Source of the DNA: Lama glama
Lineage: Eukaryota
Reading direction: 5' to 3'
Length of the DNA stretch: 64,000 nt
Assembly (NCBI GenBank): GCA_028534125.1
Contig: CM052816.1
Span: 59,274,001-59,338,000 of the forward strand
Positions 60,761 through 64,000 of the stretch are shown here, piece after piece. A program made the position numbers and the translations under genes. How positions within the stretch are numbered: the first letter of the stretch is position 1; each line of letters begins with the position of its first letter. The notes beneath the pieces were generated by a model that ran no database searches, was not told where the DNA came from, and was given only the letters and a program-made list of their open reading frames with translations.

Positions 60761-61428
60761 GACAGGGGTCAATTGTGTGAGGGTCTGAAGTAGGATAAGA
60801 CAGCCAAAAAAGTGACTCTCCTGTGGATTCAGCTAGACACGAGTTGTGAGAACTGACCCCAAGGACCTCCAGGTGCTTAGGGCAGGACAAAAGCCAAGGT
60901 CCATCCTGCACTGCTAGGAAGATGAGGTCTTAATAAAATAACTGGGATTTGCACTTTCTTTTTTATCTTGGACAAGAGTATCCTCCAAATGATAATTCTT
61001 ACTCATCATAAAACCACCATTTGACACCTACTTGTGCTGGAGACTTTCAGAAGAAGCCCAAAGCCGGGTCTCTAATATCCCCAAGTATGTCACAACCAGG
61101 ACAGGGGAAGGGGAGGAGGCATTTGTTCAGAAGAAAGCCAAGTACATGGCCGTGGGGGCCTCTGGTTGTTCACTAAGTACCAAGTGACTAACGTGGACAG
61201 AAAAATTAGTGAAGAGGTTCCTGCAGGCATAGTGGTTATAGAAGGCTGACTTGACTAATTGTTAATGAATCAGTATATTTCTGTATTTACAAAGGAGAAA
61301 ACAATCTTGTCATCGGTTACAGTGGAGACCACATGGGAAAAAAGTAGACCTCAACCATGTTAGCCATTCTTTTGCTCTTATGCAAAGTTCCATCTGGGTC
61401 AGAGTCTGAAATGAGCGAAGAGGCTGAC

Positions 61429-61601
61429 TAATAAGAGCTAACGTTTATTGAGCACTTGCTTTGTGTCAGGTACTCTGTGACACCATTTCTGAATCAGCTC
61501 ATTAAGTCCTTACCGACTATATTAAATACATATGCTGTTACTATCATTATTTTATAAATGGGGAAAGGGAGACTTGGAAAGGGTCCAGTTCATTCCCCAA
61601 G
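61429..61601 (-). mobile_element. MIR SINE
   Basis: 'taataagagctaacgtttattgagcacttgctttgtgtcagg', 'attttataaatggggaaagggagacttggaaagg'. Confidence 0.8.
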
Positions 61602-61902
61602 AGGTTTTCTCTGCTGTAAGCATTGTTACCTCCATGATCAGATTCTGACCTGTCATTTCTCTTGATTCCATCGTCATTTCCACCACTCTTTTGAGACTGA
61701 TAACGTTATGCTTAGGGAACTTCAGTGGTGGGGATGATTAAGCTTTAGCTGAGGCCGATTTGTGGATTCAGTGTTTGTGGCGTCACCACGTAATAACAGT
61801 CCCAGATTCAAGTCTTCATACGTCATTTGGCACTTCTAACTACTGCTAGCATCTTCCTGCATTGTTTCCAGTCCTTGCCACCAGCTCGGCCAGGGAACAC
61901 CT

Positions 61903-62216
61903 GTGTAATGGTCAGGACGCCGAGTGCTAGAAGTTGATGAGTTTGCCTGGGTCTTGGGTTTTCCTCAGCCCCCTTCATAATTGTTGCGAGGGCTGGCAGC
62001 TCAATATACTTCAGTCACTTCCAGATTTTCAACTCACCAGCTATGTAATCTGGGTAAGCTGTTTCAACTCTCTAACCATCAGTTTCGCTCCCTGTAATAT
62101 CCAGTTAATGACAGTACCTACCTCTTTGGGTTGGTGATTAAATGAGTAACTGTCAAGCACTTAGAATAATGCTTGGCACACAGTAAGTGCTCTATTAATG
62201 TTGGTTTAGTATTGTT
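61903..62216 (+). mobile_element. MIR SINE
   Basis: 'actcaccagctatgtaatctgggtaag...acagtacctacctc...aagcacttagaataatgcttggcacacagtaagtgctc'. Confidence 0.85.
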
Positions 62217-62904
62217 TCCAGAGCTTCTCAAGTGTTCCTTTGGGATACTGGCTAAGTCCAGGCCCTAGAATCAAATCAGAAATTAGGAACGGTAAATAAT
62301 TATATGTAAGAACAAGTTGTAACGTGATGACAGAACAAGACTGACAAGTAACTATTTTATCAGTAGAGCACTCAAGGCTGTAACTTAGGTTTCGTTATCA
62401 GGAAGTAGAGCAAAAGGGAAGAGCAGGCAGCTTTGCAAGGAGAGAGCCCAGAACTCTTGACTTGCATTTGATGGAAGTTGTCAAAACTGCTGCTCAAAGT
62501 GAAGTCTGAGGACCTTTTGCCTGGGGACTTTTGAAAAGGTAGACACCTGGATCTTACTGATTCAGAAGCCCTGGAAATGTTTTTCTTTTTCTTTTTTCTT
62601 TCTTTTTAGAAATAAGTATCCTAGTGATTGTTAGGCACTTGAAAGTTTGGTTACCACCTGTCTGAGAACAGAAACAGCATCCCACCAGGATCAAAGTGGA
62701 CTTGCTCCCTGGACAAAAGCAAGCCTGAGCCTTGAGGTTTGACAAAATGATCCTAATTCCTAGGCCTTCAGGACATCGACTGACCAGAAAGGTCAGAACG
62801 AACTGTCCTTGTGGGACATTAATTGAGTAAAGAGCATGGATCATCTTATGATCCAGCCTTGCTTGATACCAACTCTGCAGCACAAGCAGTGATGTAGAGA
62901 GATG

Positions 62905-64000
62905 GGGCTTAATAATAGCAGAGTAACAATAGCCCGTTCTCCTCTCAAAACCCATTCCCCTAATAACAAGAATTACAGGAAACAGCAGCAGTGCCTTCCA
63001 TGATACCAGAAGCCAAATGAAACCCTGAAACATGAGATATGGAGACAAAAAGCTGGTGGTTGTTTGGTAAATGACTTAGCAAAACAATATGAAGTCAAAA
63101 CTAAGGGTCTACAAAAGAAGAACTAAATGTAGCCAATTCACCTGCAGGACTCTCGAAATGCATGAAAATTGGAGACACCAAATATTGTAAAATATGAGAA
63201 AAGATTGGGTGGGTAAGACTGAAAAGATGAGAGGGTGGGGTGATTAAAAACTACATAAAAGTTATTTGGACTCCCTGGATTTCAAATAACTACTGTACCA
63301 CATTTCCAGGAAACTCTTGAAGGGTATACTAACCAAAACATGGTAAAAATTAATAAAGAGGAAGACAGGATTTTAGGAAAGAAGAGATTCATGCGGGAAA
63401 GAGGAGAAGGGAATTCCCTGGATAATGGCCAAGAGAAGTCCCAGAACCAGCTTTGGGGCAAGAATACAGAACACCTGCCCATAGGGGAACGTGAGAAAAG
63501 AGGATGCCAAGAGGGATGTCTCCAGAGAACGATGTTGAAACTTAGTTATCTGATAGAGTTGAAGATGAGAAAAACTGTATTGAAAGCCATGGTACAAAGC
63601 CATAGGAAGACATGGAAAGATTTTGCCCTTGATTGAAAAAACCCTAGGCACATAAAAAGTAAGGTAATAATTAACTACAGGGAAAACATAAAGGTATACA
63701 ATATAGGGAAGTAAATAGTGTACATTACTTGGCTTAGAAGTGAGCAGTGGTCAAAAATAAAACTTTGAATATGGATTTAACCAAAAATTATCATCATAAT
63801 TATATTGAAAAAATGTAAGAGCTAAAATGCTCATCTATCATAAGAAGAATAAAATAGACTGTGGGAAAATTATAAGCCAAGATACATAAGTATATGAGTA
63901 TTATTTAGAACTACAGTGGTAGATATCCAAAGGCATATCTCAAAGAGTTAAGAGTAGATGCCTCTCAGGAGTGGGGCAGTGAGGAGTGTAAGAGTGTGTG
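62905..64000 (+). mobile_element. HAL1-like (half-L1) element, internally deleted, running off the window edge
   Basis: 'caggaaactcttgaagggtatactaaccaaaacatgg...aagaggaagacaggat...agaggagaagggaattccctggataatggccaagagaagtcccag...gagggatgtctccag' follows the recalled HAL1 ORF-end/3' region. Confidence 0.75.

Noticed and set aside
1..64000. A novel multi-gene system (defence island, CRISPR array, operon)
   Set aside because: The sequence is mammalian and repeat-rich. There are no long ORFs outside the N gaps (maximum 164 aa), no regularly spaced repeat-spacer array and no prokaryote-like gene density.

Overview
This is repeat-rich, non-coding mammalian genomic DNA with two 500-N scaffold gaps. 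It is most likely a camelid (camel/alpaca/llama), because it carries six copies of a tRNA-Ala(AGC)-derived Vic-1-type SINE and matching young L1 3' ends, and I saw no Alu, B1/B2, Bov-A/BovB, PRE or Can-SINE elements. I found no recognisable protein-coding gene, RNA gene, CRISPR array or operon-like system. The only ORFs in the track that resemble known proteins are L1 ORF2 remnants; the rest look like chance ORFs or gap artefacts. Roughly half of the window is transposon fossils: MIR, L2, L3/CR1, L1/HAL1, MaLR/ERVL/ERV1 solo LTRs, and hAT and Tc2/pogo DNA transposons, often nested and with visible target-site duplications (TSDs). Family names come from my recall of consensus sequences, not from a database run, so subfamily labels and boundaries are approximate. 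The best leads are: a minus-strand bias of L1/LTR copies suggesting an intron of a plus-strand gene; a ~3 kb repeat-free, motif-dense block with an AG|GT recursive-splice-like site; a tandem SINE pair sharing a 54-bp identical core; readable pogo and hAT transposase fossils; and one candidate plus-strand exon. I could not support a previously undescribed biological system from this sequence.
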